This document shows positions 39,419-49,026 of a DNA stretch of 62,749 nt, piece by piece. Position numbers and translations under genes: made by a program. A model generated the notes under the pieces. It was not told the origin of the DNA. It saw only the letters and a program-made list of their open reading frames with translations, and searched no databases. The DNA comes from an uncultured bacterium (GTDB lineage Bacteria; Muiribacteriota; UBA6191), in NCBI GenBank assembly GCA_964603885.1, contig CAZRWM010000002.1, positions 1-62,749 on the forward strand. The letters run 5' to 3'. The number at the start of each line of letters is the position of its first letter. The first letter of the stretch is position 1.

Positions 39419-40207
39419 CTATGTTGCAGCCAAAGCTTCATACTTATCTCTTTTAGATATTTTACCAGGATAATCGGGATTAATAGTCCTCTTAAAACGA
39501 TGTTTGCGTTTAAGTATACTGTAAGGTATGACACCTGCAAGATGCACAGGAAGAAAAGCTAATCCAGATAATGCACTCATTCCAACCGCATATTTTAGTA
39601 CCAAATAAGGCCACCATACATTGATACCTAGAAATAAAAATTTCTTGGCCAAATTAAATTTTTGAGCATGAATGTCCCAGATGAACGGCTCTATTACCTT
39701 TGTTTGCTCCAAGTCCTGTTTAGCCCACAGAAGATGACGAGAAATTGTTTCTAAAGCCCAACCGCTCATCATTAATGCTGTGCATAACAGAAATAGATCA
39801 AGAGCTACAAAATGAAAGTGTGATTGAGCAGTTATTTGGCCCTTCAAGACTTTAGTTCCAAGTAACCACGGAGCTTTGGCAAAAGAAATTCCTAGTATGA
39901 GTCCTACAAGGCCTATCCAAAAAGCTTTACGGCATAAAGATTTTTCGCTCAGACTACGCTTCGAATTGATGAAATGAGCCTTGAAATCGCGGTATCTCTT
40001 AACTAACAGAACTAGACCTATTAATTGTACTGACATGAGAGTAATTACACAAAACTTACCTAATCCAATGTGTTTACTAGGGTGATCAGCATATATTGCT
40101 AATGTTGCGAAACCTTCAGGGTCAATATAAGGGTAGTAACCTATAAGACCCGTTGTAATCAAACCTAAAACACAATAAAAAGTGATAATTTGATACGCTT
40201 TAACCAT
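39419..40207 (-). CDS. Integral membrane protein (262 aa), unknown function
   Basis: Long ORF with about 7 hydrophobic segments, lying 2 nt from the RidA-like start. Confidence 0.5.
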   Translation of the reverse strand: MVKAYQIITFYCVLGLITTGLIGYYPYIDPEGFATLAIYADHPSKHIGLGKFCVITLMSVQLIGLVLLVKRYRDFKAHFINSKRSLSEKSLCRKAFWIGLVGLILGISFAKAPWLLGTKVLKGQITAQSHFHFVALDLFLLCTALMMSGWALETISRHLLWAKQDLEQTKVIEPFIWDIHAQKFNLAKKFLFLGINVWWPYLVLKYAVGMSALSGLAFLPVHLAGVIPYSILKRKHRFKRTINPDYPGKISKRDKYEALAAT

Positions 40208-40286
40208 TGTCTACTCCAATTTAGTAGACAAATAAATCATAGAATTATAATTTAGCCCAGTATTAGTGTAGGAATTGACCAATTCT

Positions 40287-40883
40287 TTAGAATCTAAATG
40301 ATATAGCTGCGCCAAAACCTTTGAGAGGAATTTTCTGGTATCCGTGAGGTCCTTCAGAAGGAAAACGATAGTCATCTGATACGGTGTAAGACAACTCAGC
40401 AATTGCAGGAGTATTAAAAACTGGTACTTTTTGCCAAATCTTGTAACCCATACGAAATGTTACATACGGTTTGATGTGTGCTCTGGCATCTTCATTCTTA
40501 TTGCTGTAATACTTTTTAAGCCCTAAATTAGGACTAACTTTTTGAACACCTAAAGCGGCACTGTAATAACTAAATTGTGAATCATAACTTCTATTTTCAT
40601 ATTCAAATTTTGTTTGTTTTACCTTGTAGGTGGGAAAGTTTTTTAATTCGGGTTTTACATAGTACAAATTAAAGGAGTTTACGGCTTCCTGTCTTCGTTT
40701 TCCCGATTGTTCTTCTATACTTAATTGAAGGCCAGTAGTTGTCTTATCAAAGCCCTTAAAATTTGCCAGATAGGGATACATTTTAGCCCCCATCATACCG
40801 GTATTACGACTGTTTCTGTTAGATCTAGCTTCCAATGGTTGGTATGCACAAGTAATAAGACAAAAAATTAGTATTTTTAGCAT
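40287..40883 (-). CDS. Small outer-membrane beta-barrel-like protein
   Basis: 198 aa with a signal peptide. Amphipathic strands alternate and the C-terminus ends in an aromatic residue (ISFRF). Confidence 0.5.
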   Translation of the reverse strand: MLKILIFCLITCAYQPLEARSNRNSRNTGMMGAKMYPYLANFKGFDKTTTGLQLSIEEQSGKRRQEAVNSFNLYYVKPELKNFPTYKVKQTKFEYENRSYDSQFSYYSAALGVQKVSPNLGLKKYYSNKNEDARAHIKPYVTFRMGYKIWQKVPVFNTPAIAELSYTVSDDYRFPSEGPHGYQKIPLKGFGAAISFRF

Positions 40884-40981
40884 TTCTTGTTACTTCGGAT
40901 AAAATTGGATAAGCATTTATGTAGAGCTGTGTTTTTCAATTTAATGAGATAATTTATAGAAGAAGCTTTTAGGATATAATC

Positions 40982-43048
40982 GTGAAACAAATTATGTTTT
41001 CACGCTCTATTGTAGATCATTTACGAATCTTATTAACAGGCGCATATATCGCTTCAGTGACAATCTGTGGGATTGTTTTTTATTTAGTCTTTCAGGCCGA
41101 GAAACTATCCAGTTGGAAAAAATGTGTAAGATCACAATCAATGTTTTTGCAAGAATTAGAAGATTTTGTTAACCAAAGAAAACAAAATTTACAACTAAAT
41201 TTGCAGAAAATTCTTACAAATAAGCATCAAGATGCCTGGCAACCTGCCATAAATAAGCTATTTAGAGATAATTGTGATGAAGAAATATGGAATCAATATA
41301 AAAATCAAGAGTTAATCAGAATTAAGCAAATTGGTTCAAAAAATAAATCATTACAATTGAATAACTCTTTCTTAATTCGTTCAGACCTTACCGAATATCT
41401 AAAGAACAGTACTTACAGCATATATTTTGAATTAAGGTTCTCAAAGGATAATAGTATTTTTAATAATAATTACAGTGCTGTAGAGCCTCTAGAGGATATG
41501 GATTGGACTTTTGTTAAAGTGTACTCTTCAATATCACAAAAATTTATAAAGTCATCTAATATACCTTCACAAATTAGACAAGCATTAGGAAAAACAACAC
41601 GATTTGATCGACAACCTTTACTGTTTGAAACTAGGAGAATTAAAGGCGATGAATCAACTATGTACTGGGTCTCCAGTTACTACTCTGAAATCTTAGGTGG
41701 TAACCGGATTAGCTTCATAGAAAAGCGCTCTAATTACATGACAACTTTATTTCAAATATGGCAATGGCCACTGCTATTTTTCTTTCTGACTCTATTTATT
41801 TTTCTGATAATACGACGGAACTTTTTGAATGGATTAAAGTCTAGTATAAACGACTGTTTCGGTTATTTAGTGAATGAAAAAAGAAACGAATTATCTTCTG
41901 AAATTTTGATAGAGGACGAAATTTCATGGTTACAATCGAGAATGCAAGCTTTTGACAAAAGAATCAAAGAAAAATGGTCTTTGGTCAAATTGAGTCTCGG
42001 ACTACAAACCATATTAAATAAATCTGAAAAAAATTTAGATTATTATTTGGAAGAGGCAGACTATTTTTTAAGAGATTTAGATGAAAAATATAGAGTTCGT
42101 TACTTAAATGAAACTCCGGTAGATCAATTGGAGAAAGTAATTGAAATTCCAATAAATTATCAACAACAAGAATTTTTAATTGAGCGCTTAAATCGCATAC
42201 CAAAGCTTTATCTTTTTTTTCCAAAAATAAATAATTTAGATGCAGACATTATATCCATTGTGCAAAAACAATTTGCGCAAATGATTGAAAAAGCAAGATT
42301 AGAAAATGAAAGATTGACAACTGCTGCTTTGAATAGTGATTTGAAGTTAGCCAGTCGTATCCAAAGTGTTTTGATGCCTCAAGCTATGGTTGATTGTGGA
42401 GATAATTGGGAGTGTGCATTTTCCTCTGAATCCTCACAGGGAATCACAGGAGAGTTTTTGGATGTTATCAATTCAAAGGGTACATTGAGATTTTATTTAG
42501 TTGACCTTTATGATTCTGGAATAAAAGCTAGTGTGATGGCTATGGTTTACAAAACTTTTCTCGATTTTATGATGGCTGATAAAGAACATCCAGAAGATGT
42601 TTTAGAGAGTCTCCAAAGGTTTTTAGTAGATCAATCTTATGATGATGCACTAGCCAATATATTCATAGGATTTATAGATATATTAAATGGGCAGCTAGAT
42701 TATGTCTGTGCTGGAGTGGGCATGGGTTTTCATGTAACAGGTAGCGCATATCAAAGGTTGCCAGCAGGTTATCCTCCAGTAGGATATGGTTTAGAAAAAA
42801 ACATCAAATCTAATTCAATTAACCTAGAACAAAACGAAATTCTTTATATTGTTTCAGCGGAAGCAGAACTGCAAACGGTGAACAAAAAGAGCTCCATACA
42901 TTTCTCTGAGATCATAGATATTATTGGAAAAAATGATCAATTACCATTGAAAGATATTGTTTCTATGATAGACAATCGAGTCCAAAAGGTTACAAAATCT
43001 GCTGAGCAAAGTCCTCATTTCACACAATTGGTGTTTAGAAAATGCTGA
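40982..43048 (+). CDS. Membrane sensor protein with degenerate SpoIIE/PP2C phosphatase domain
   Basis: 688 aa. TM, ~230-aa extracytoplasmic region, TM, linker, then a PP2C-like domain starting LASRIQSVLMP. The metal-binding motifs are altered: TGEFLDV, VDLYDSGIKAS and YIVSAEAE, with no terminal DDxT. Confidence 0.65.
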   Translation: MKQIMFSRSIVDHLRILLTGAYIASVTICGIVFYLVFQAEKLSSWKKCVRSQSMFLQELEDFVNQRKQNLQLNLQKILTNKHQDAWQPAINKLFRDNCDEEIWNQYKNQELIRIKQIGSKNKSLQLNNSFLIRSDLTEYLKNSTYSIYFELRFSKDNSIFNNNYSAVEPLEDMDWTFVKVYSSISQKFIKSSNIPSQIRQALGKTTRFDRQPLLFETRRIKGDESTMYWVSSYYSEILGGNRISFIEKRSNYMTTLFQIWQWPLLFFFLTLFIFLIIRRNFLNGLKSSINDCFGYLVNEKRNELSSEILIEDEISWLQSRMQAFDKRIKEKWSLVKLSLGLQTILNKSEKNLDYYLEEADYFLRDLDEKYRVRYLNETPVDQLEKVIEIPINYQQQEFLIERLNRIPKLYLFFPKINNLDADIISIVQKQFAQMIEKARLENERLTTAALNSDLKLASRIQSVLMPQAMVDCGDNWECAFSSESSQGITGEFLDVINSKGTLRFYLVDLYDSGIKASVMAMVYKTFLDFMMADKEHPEDVLESLQRFLVDQSYDDALANIFIGFIDILNGQLDYVCAGVGMGFHVTGSAYQRLPAGYPPVGYGLEKNIKSNSINLEQNEILYIVSAEAELQTVNKKSSIHFSEIIDIIGKNDQLPLKDIVSMIDNRVQKVTKSAEQSPHFTQLVFRKC

Positions 43049-45213
43049 TGCTGAAAAAGAGTGGGCTTCGAAAAAAAGTTTTCATTAGCGTTATTGCTTG
43101 CATATTAGGACCGTATCTCCTGGTGGCCATACTTACTAGTATGTACTTTCAGCATAGATCCTCGATTCTGCTGCAAGATTATTTCCATCATCAGCCGGCA
43201 AATGTATTATTTGCAGAAAAAGAAACTATCGATAGTCTAAAAACAAAACTATCTTTAAAGCCTTTGTTCAACACAATTGCAAATTGCACTGCTTCTCAAG
43301 ATTGTAATTTTCAGTTAGAAAAGATCATAGCTGGAAATCAAGAATTATCTTCCATTCTATCCATTGTCGAAAACGAAAGATATCTCTTTGAAGCAGACCT
43401 AAACAGTCGTCCCAATTGGATAATTAAAAATGAAACGAAAAAAGAATCTATCATTGAAAATTGGGCTGTAAAAAACTGGAATAACTTAGAAAAACCATTA
43501 TCTAAAACACTTTATCTTGAAAGTGGTAAATCTTATTTTTTGATCAAGTTTTTACCTATAAAACTTAATGACTATGCAAATAAATACAGAGTGTTTATTT
43601 TATCTTTTGATCTGGTAAAGCTCTTGCGTGCAACAGTCTTAAAGCCTAATTTACTGTTATTACGACATACTAATATTGAAGGTCGTAATTTCAGAAAAGA
43701 TATGAAATCTTGGGAATTATTAGACCAAAATTTTGACGGTATCGAAAAAGTTCACCCCAACCTAATTTTCGGAGTAATACAAAATCACTTAAAACAAGAT
43801 CGACAGCTAATGCTCAAATCAAAGAATCAGGAAAAAAAAATTCATTACAGTTGGGCTTACAGAAGTAATATTATTCCTAGCGCTTATTATTTTTCAATCG
43901 AATCGGAATCATTAATTAGGAGACCACTGAAAAGATTTATTCTTCTGGTTACCGTAGTTTTAACATTACTCTTAGTATATCTTATTTCAGTCGCCTACTA
44001 CTTTGTATCAAGGGTAACTCAACCTGTTGTAAGTCTTTCATTGGCAGTAGATAAATATTCAAATAATCTTAAAAACTTGGAACTAGATTTATTAGCCAAA
44101 GTGCAAACCTCTGGATATATGGAGGTTGAGATTTTAAAGCGACAGTTTGGGAATACCATTAAGAGATTAAATAAGCAATTTCATTTGATGGGGCGTTTAA
44201 TACAAACTTGGGACTTGATAGCAAAATATCCATCGAAAGAAATTTTTAATGAATATATCAACGCCCTATATTTGAGTGAATTCAATATTAACTTTAAAAA
44301 TTTTGATAGTACTCAAAATCGAATTCAATTTGAAGACAGTGTAATTGATCTTAGCGCGAATGAAAATATGTGGAGCTCAGTCTTTAAGCATAAATCGTTT
44401 GAATTTGATGGTGAGATCCAAGCGCAAGTTTTTCATGAACAAGTTCAATATTTTCATAAAAGTCGCGAACTAGAGTTAGAATTCCGGCGCAATATCACTC
44501 AGCGGAGAGAATTTGAAATTGCTGAAAGTATCATTACCCCTCTTCAAGATATTCATTTATCCGAGAAAATAGAATGGAGTCACTATTATTTGCCTGCGCG
44601 CTACCTTGGAGGCGATTTTATTGATGTATTTGAAGCGGAAAAAGTTTTGGATATGTTGATAGGTGATGTATCCGGTAAAGGTCTGGGTTCAGCATTAGTA
44701 TCAGCAAGGATGAAAGTTGGATTTCAGGTTTTGTCTAATTCCAACAATACTTTGGAACACAATATAAGCCATTTGAATAAACTATTATGTATGGGCGCTA
44801 CACCTGGTATTTTTTGTACTATGTTTATTGCTAGATATTACGCCTCTAAGCATCAATTAGATTTTGTTTCAGGTGGTCATAACAAAATGTTATTAATAAG
44901 TCCTAAAGGCGATAAGACTTGGTTAAGCGCTGAAGGATTACCTTTGGGAATTTTTGATGACATTGAATACAAGCTTAATAGTTGTTCAGTAAGCGCAGGT
45001 AGTCTTCTTTTTCTCTACACTGACGGTTGCACTGAAGCCCAAAATATAAAATTTGAATTATATGGAGAAGAAAGGCTAATTGAGTATTTGGATAAGACTT
45101 ATAGAGAAGATGTGGAAGTTATTAAAAATGGTTTAGTACAGGAACTTCAAGAATTTTCGGTAGGTCAAGAACAAAGCGATGATATTACATTTTTAATGAT
45201 TCGCCTGAAATGA
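43042..45213 (+). CDS. Membrane sensor SpoIIE/PP2C (RsbU-like) serine phosphatase, canonical motifs
   Basis: 723 aa with the same architecture. Motifs GGDFIDVF, IGDVSGKGLGSA, LYTDGCTEA and SDDITFLMI. A 7-nt overlap links it to the upstream paralogue. Confidence 0.85.
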   Translation: MLMLKKSGLRKKVFISVIACILGPYLLVAILTSMYFQHRSSILLQDYFHHQPANVLFAEKETIDSLKTKLSLKPLFNTIANCTASQDCNFQLEKIIAGNQELSSILSIVENERYLFEADLNSRPNWIIKNETKKESIIENWAVKNWNNLEKPLSKTLYLESGKSYFLIKFLPIKLNDYANKYRVFILSFDLVKLLRATVLKPNLLLLRHTNIEGRNFRKDMKSWELLDQNFDGIEKVHPNLIFGVIQNHLKQDRQLMLKSKNQEKKIHYSWAYRSNIIPSAYYFSIESESLIRRPLKRFILLVTVVLTLLLVYLISVAYYFVSRVTQPVVSLSLAVDKYSNNLKNLELDLLAKVQTSGYMEVEILKRQFGNTIKRLNKQFHLMGRLIQTWDLIAKYPSKEIFNEYINALYLSEFNINFKNFDSTQNRIQFEDSVIDLSANENMWSSVFKHKSFEFDGEIQAQVFHEQVQYFHKSRELELEFRRNITQRREFEIAESIITPLQDIHLSEKIEWSHYYLPARYLGGDFIDVFEAEKVLDMLIGDVSGKGLGSALVSARMKVGFQVLSNSNNTLEHNISHLNKLLCMGATPGIFCTMFIARYYASKHQLDFVSGGHNKMLLISPKGDKTWLSAEGLPLGIFDDIEYKLNSCSVSAGSLLFLYTDGCTEAQNIKFELYGEERLIEYLDKTYREDVEVIKNGLVQELQEFSVGQEQSDDITFLMIRLK

Positions 45214-45374
45214 AGGCAGACCGTTTGAGAAGAACTGGCTTCAAAAATAATGAAGTCATACACTTTGACAGTTTGCTCAAATTTGTCTAAAATTGTGGTT
45301 GTATGTTTGTTCATGGTTGAACATTGACATGGGAAATTATAAGTTGCCACGGAGGGCTGTGCAAAAGGAGTTGC

Positions 45375-47123
45375 ATGATGGTGCGTCCAATATCAGACGT
45401 CAACATCAGTACTCTTGGTTTACAAAAAACCAACAGTCTGATGAAAAACACTATATCCAAAATTTCTTCGGGTTCTCGTATTCCATTTGCCTCTGCAGAT
45501 GCTGCTGGCTTAACGATCAGCGAGAAATTTAGGGGGCAAATCAGAGGCTTCAATCAAGCATCTGCCAATATTCAAGATGGCATCAGTTTACTGAATACTG
45601 CTGAGGGCGGTTTATCTAATGTTTCAGACGATCTATTGCGATTACGAGAATTAGCTGTTCAAGCCGGTAACGGTGCACTAAATAACGAAGATAGAGAAGC
45701 ACTAGAGAAAGAAGCCCAATCAATTCTTGAAGGTATAAATGATACGGCAAACCGTACAGAATTTAACAATAAGAGTTTATTGGATGGTTCGACATCAGGT
45801 AGAGTCAGTTCGGCTCAAAATGATATCAATACTTTTGTTACTGGACCATTAAGCCAAAGTGGTAGTTTTAGTGGAGGTTTAGCGGGATCAGTTGATGCTA
45901 ACGGAAATCGCGTGATTGAGTTGACCTTGTCAGGAAACGGATCATCTCAAACAGTTCAGCTTGATGAAAATTTCAGGGCAAGTGGTGTTTTGTCTGGACT
46001 AGACTTGCAATTCGATGAAGTAACTAGCGCTGAAGTGAGTGGTAACCAGATAAATATGGAAGATGTGATTTCTACTTCAAATTCCACGCAATTAACATTG
46101 ACAGATCAGGCTGGGGATACGGCTACAATCAATTTCACAGCTGGAAATAACACGTTATCTAATATGGTAGAGCAGTTAAATACGGATTTACAGGCTGGTA
46201 ACGTTGATGTCACCGCAGTAGTAGAGGATGGCAATCTAATACTCAGAGGGAATAATGCAGGAGAGAATTTCAGTATATCTGGAACAAGCGCTGAGCTAAC
46301 ACAATCCTTGGGTATTACAGATGGTTTAGTCACTACAGCTGCTCCCGACGATACTGCTGAATTTGAAGGTCGGACTGAAGAGACTTCTTCCAGTCAGGGT
46401 ATTGAGTTTCAGAGTCAGGTAAGTTTTGAAGTCTCCGATGCGACAGGGGCGGCTACTCAGATTGACATTGGTGGCGCAGGTACGGTTCTCACTGAGGCTG
46501 AAATCGAAGCGGCAATCAACCAACAGCTGACGGAAGGCGGTCAGAATATCCAAGCATCCATAAGTGATGGCGAGTTAATTTTAGAGTCTACTGATGTTGG
46601 TGACAGTTCCTCTATCTCAGTTACGGATGTGTCTTCAGGGGTAGATGACTTGGCTTCAACTTTGGGACTAAATGATCAATCAGTACGGGGAACTGGTTCA
46701 TCTAATTTTACTGTTAATGTTTCTCCGCAAAATCTGAATTTTCAGACGGGATCTAATCAAGGTCAAGCAAGCAGTTTTTCTTTCGGTGATTTTTCCAGTG
46801 ATTCGTTAAATCTATCAAATTTTAGTTTAAGCGACCCTGAATCAAGGGATAGTTTTTTGGGTAGAATTGATACCGCAATAGAAAGAACTTCCCAGGCGCG
46901 ATCCTCCATAGGAGCACAGAGTAATGGGTTTCAGTCTCAATTTAATTCAGTACAGACTTCAATTCAAAATCAAACAGCAACAGAGTCTTTGATAAGGGAT
47001 GCTGATTTAGCTCAGCAAGCAATACAATTGACTCGTGATCAGTCACTATTGAATACAGCTCTTTTTGCACAAGCACAGACTATGGATTTAAATCGTAATT
47101 TTTTGGGTAGTCTGATCGATTAG
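45375..47123 (+). CDS. fliC: Flagellin with enlarged variable core (about 582 aa)
   Basis: N-domain: SSGSRIPFASADAAGLTISEKFRGQIRGFNQASANIQDGISLLNTAEGGL...LRELAVQAGNG. C-domain: ARSSIGAQSNGF...ESLIRDADLAQQAIQLTRDQSLLNTALFAQAQ. AAGGAG at 45365-45370 favours a start at 45375 or 45378 rather than the ORF-track start at 45324. Confidence 0.92.
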   Translation: MMVRPISDVNISTLGLQKTNSLMKNTISKISSGSRIPFASADAAGLTISEKFRGQIRGFNQASANIQDGISLLNTAEGGLSNVSDDLLRLRELAVQAGNGALNNEDREALEKEAQSILEGINDTANRTEFNNKSLLDGSTSGRVSSAQNDINTFVTGPLSQSGSFSGGLAGSVDANGNRVIELTLSGNGSSQTVQLDENFRASGVLSGLDLQFDEVTSAEVSGNQINMEDVISTSNSTQLTLTDQAGDTATINFTAGNNTLSNMVEQLNTDLQAGNVDVTAVVEDGNLILRGNNAGENFSISGTSAELTQSLGITDGLVTTAAPDDTAEFEGRTEETSSSQGIEFQSQVSFEVSDATGAATQIDIGGAGTVLTEAEIEAAINQQLTEGGQNIQASISDGELILESTDVGDSSSISVTDVSSGVDDLASTLGLNDQSVRGTGSSNFTVNVSPQNLNFQTGSNQGQASSFSFGDFSSDSLNLSNFSLSDPESRDSFLGRIDTAIERTSQARSSIGAQSNGFQSQFNSVQTSIQNQTATESLIRDADLAQQAIQLTRDQSLLNTALFAQAQTMDLNRNFLGSLID

Positions 47124-47128
47124 ACTCC

Positions 47129-48043
47129 ATGTCCGCACATATATTCAACAAGTTAATATGTGAGATACGCATCTCGTTCAACAAGGTATTGACTTGTGGA
47201 ATATGTGTTTTAATAGTTTCAAAACTACTCGCCAATGAAGGTGTAGAGTTGCTTCATATTAAGTTCACCTCAAGGCCTCCGTATCCAATCAATCAGGCTC
47301 CTTATAAAAGGATTGCTTTTGCAGGCATCAACGGTGATAAATTGCAAAAAATTAACAGGTGGTTATTACAAAAGTTAGCGCTCGTACCTGATCTACAATT
47401 GGTTCGACCGAATAAATCTAATCCTGCAGTTAATGAATTACTAAATATTCAAGGTCATACCTTGAATGGTCTGAAAAAACTCGAAAATTTATTGAATGTT
47501 CAGGCCTTATTACAAGGTGCATTAGAAATGTACTATCGTGAAAACTTAGAAGTAGACTTTGAGCTACATTTTTACGACTTAAGTACTGGTATTAGAGTTA
47601 ATACTATTAGTCAAAATTGGACGATTCCTGTTAAGTCTTCATCTCGTCAGGTATTGTATGAAACGGTTTTCGAAAAGATTGTGGAGGAAATAAAGAGCGA
47701 GTGGTATAGCTATCAAAAGACTGAAAAAGCTCCCTGGTTTCATGATGCTCATCAAAATGCCAGCAGTATTCTACTGTTATTAAAAGCTAATCAAGTAGAT
47801 GAAGCCTTCAGTTTAATGGTAAGTGAAAAAAGAAAGGTCGAGAGAGATCTTTTCAATCAAAAACAGAATAGGGATGTAAAAGCGAAGTATCAGACAATCC
47901 TTTATCACTTTGGATTATTGTATGAATTACGTAATCATTACAGTAAAGCTCGACAATTTTATGATCTAGCTACCAAGCATGGTCAACATTCTAAACATAA
48001 TGTTTTTAGGAAGGCTCTGCGAAGAGTTCAGCATCGCTGGTAA
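47129..48043 (+). CDS. Hypothetical membrane-anchored protein (304 aa)
   Basis: The ORF begins 5 nt after the flagellin stop. It has an N-terminal hydrophobic helix and a TPR-like C-terminus. No family is assignable. Confidence 0.45.
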   Translation: MSAHIFNKLICEIRISFNKVLTCGICVLIVSKLLANEGVELLHIKFTSRPPYPINQAPYKRIAFAGINGDKLQKINRWLLQKLALVPDLQLVRPNKSNPAVNELLNIQGHTLNGLKKLENLLNVQALLQGALEMYYRENLEVDFELHFYDLSTGIRVNTISQNWTIPVKSSSRQVLYETVFEKIVEEIKSEWYSYQKTEKAPWFHDAHQNASSILLLLKANQVDEAFSLMVSEKRKVERDLFNQKQNRDVKAKYQTILYHFGLLYELRNHYSKARQFYDLATKHGQHSKHNVFRKALRRVQHRW

Positions 48044-48063
48044 TTAATTTTCGCAATTTGGAT

Positions 48064-49017
48064 ATGAATATGAAGTATTTATTTTTTTTTCTTTTAACTA
48101 CAGGTTTGGCTGCGCAAAATCAATTAATACTCAAACCTAAGATTCGCCATTCTAGTTTTGAATCTTATGGAAAAATAAAGCCGCAGCGGAAAAGTAAAGT
48201 TGCCAGTAAGATTAGTGGACAAGTCACCGGTCGCTTCGTAGAAATAGGCCAATTCGTGGATAAAGGACAGGATTTATTTAAGCTAAACGCTGGGACTCTT
48301 CCGTTCGAAACTAATTTAATAGAACTGGAAATTAGCAAGCAACAACTACAACTAACTTATCATCAGAACAGGTATGATAGACGTATTAAAAATCCTGATG
48401 CTTACACTGAGGAAGGGTTAGATTTAGAAAAATTACAAATTGATAGAATTAAACTAGAAATTGAAAAGCTCGTTAACAAGAAAGCCATACTCAAATTGAA
48501 GCTGGACGACAAAAAAGTAAAGGCCCCATTTGATGGAGTTATAACAGCCTTATTTGTGGAGACTGGCGATTGGGTGATGCTTGGTGGTCCCACCGCTGCA
48601 ATCCAATCTACAGGTATTTGGAGATTAGAAACTGAGGTTCCGTGGCAAGTGTATACGCAACTCCGAATCGGAGACATTGTATGGGTTAGTAAGTCATCAA
48701 TGAAACAAAAAGCTGAGATTATCGCTAAAGTCCCAGTGTCTAATCCTAAAACAGGTCAGTTTCGTTTAGAAATTGGTTTTAAGAGCAAAAACTGGAATCC
48801 AAGTCAATTAGAAATAGTCCCAGTCATATTTGCTGTGAAAAAAAAACAACTAGAGATACCTATGAAATACGTAAAAAAAGAACTAGGTACTTATCAAGTC
48901 AAAACTGTTGAGGAAAACGGTTCCAGATGGTTGGCTGTTGAAGGCATATCTAAAGGTGATTTTTTTTACCCAAACGGTTTAGATTTACAAAATTTTACAC
49001 TACAGAGTCCATTTTAG
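48064..49017 (+). CDS. RND efflux periplasmic adaptor (MFP/HlyD family)
   Basis: Signal peptide, a lipoyl/hairpin pattern (ISGQVTGRFVEIGQFVDKGQDLFKL ... VKAPFDGVITALFVETGDWV), and position upstream of the RND pump. The start may be 48058 (TTG) or 48064 (ATG). Confidence 0.78.
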   Translation: MNMKYLFFFLLTTGLAAQNQLILKPKIRHSSFESYGKIKPQRKSKVASKISGQVTGRFVEIGQFVDKGQDLFKLNAGTLPFETNLIELEISKQQLQLTYHQNRYDRRIKNPDAYTEEGLDLEKLQIDRIKLEIEKLVNKKAILKLKLDDKKVKAPFDGVITALFVETGDWVMLGGPTAAIQSTGIWRLETEVPWQVYTQLRIGDIVWVSKSSMKQKAEIIAKVPVSNPKTGQFRLEIGFKSKNWNPSQLEIVPVIFAVKKKQLEIPMKYVKKELGTYQVKTVEENGSRWLAVEGISKGDFFYPNGLDLQNFTLQSPF

Positions 49018-49026
49018 AAGTCAAGA

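Noticed and set aside
39358-40402. Small ORFs 39358-39540 and 40211-40402
   Set aside because: They overlap the 262-aa membrane protein and OMP-like genes in another frame of the same strand and have no start context. They are probably spurious.
40981-41004. Inverted repeat CGTGAAACA-aatta-TGTTTTCACG at the start of the first PP2C gene, containing parS half-site sequences
   Set aside because: The half-sites are in the reverse order (GTGAAACA before TGTTTCAC), are separated and are imperfect, so this is not a parS. It could be a translational hairpin, but I have no support for that.
45344-45363. Sigma54-like element TTGCCACGGAGGGCTGTGCA upstream of the flagellin
   Set aside because: The critical -24 GG is GC here. 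The only TGCA is 3 nt too far from the -24 element to fit the TGGCAC-N5-TTGCA spacing.
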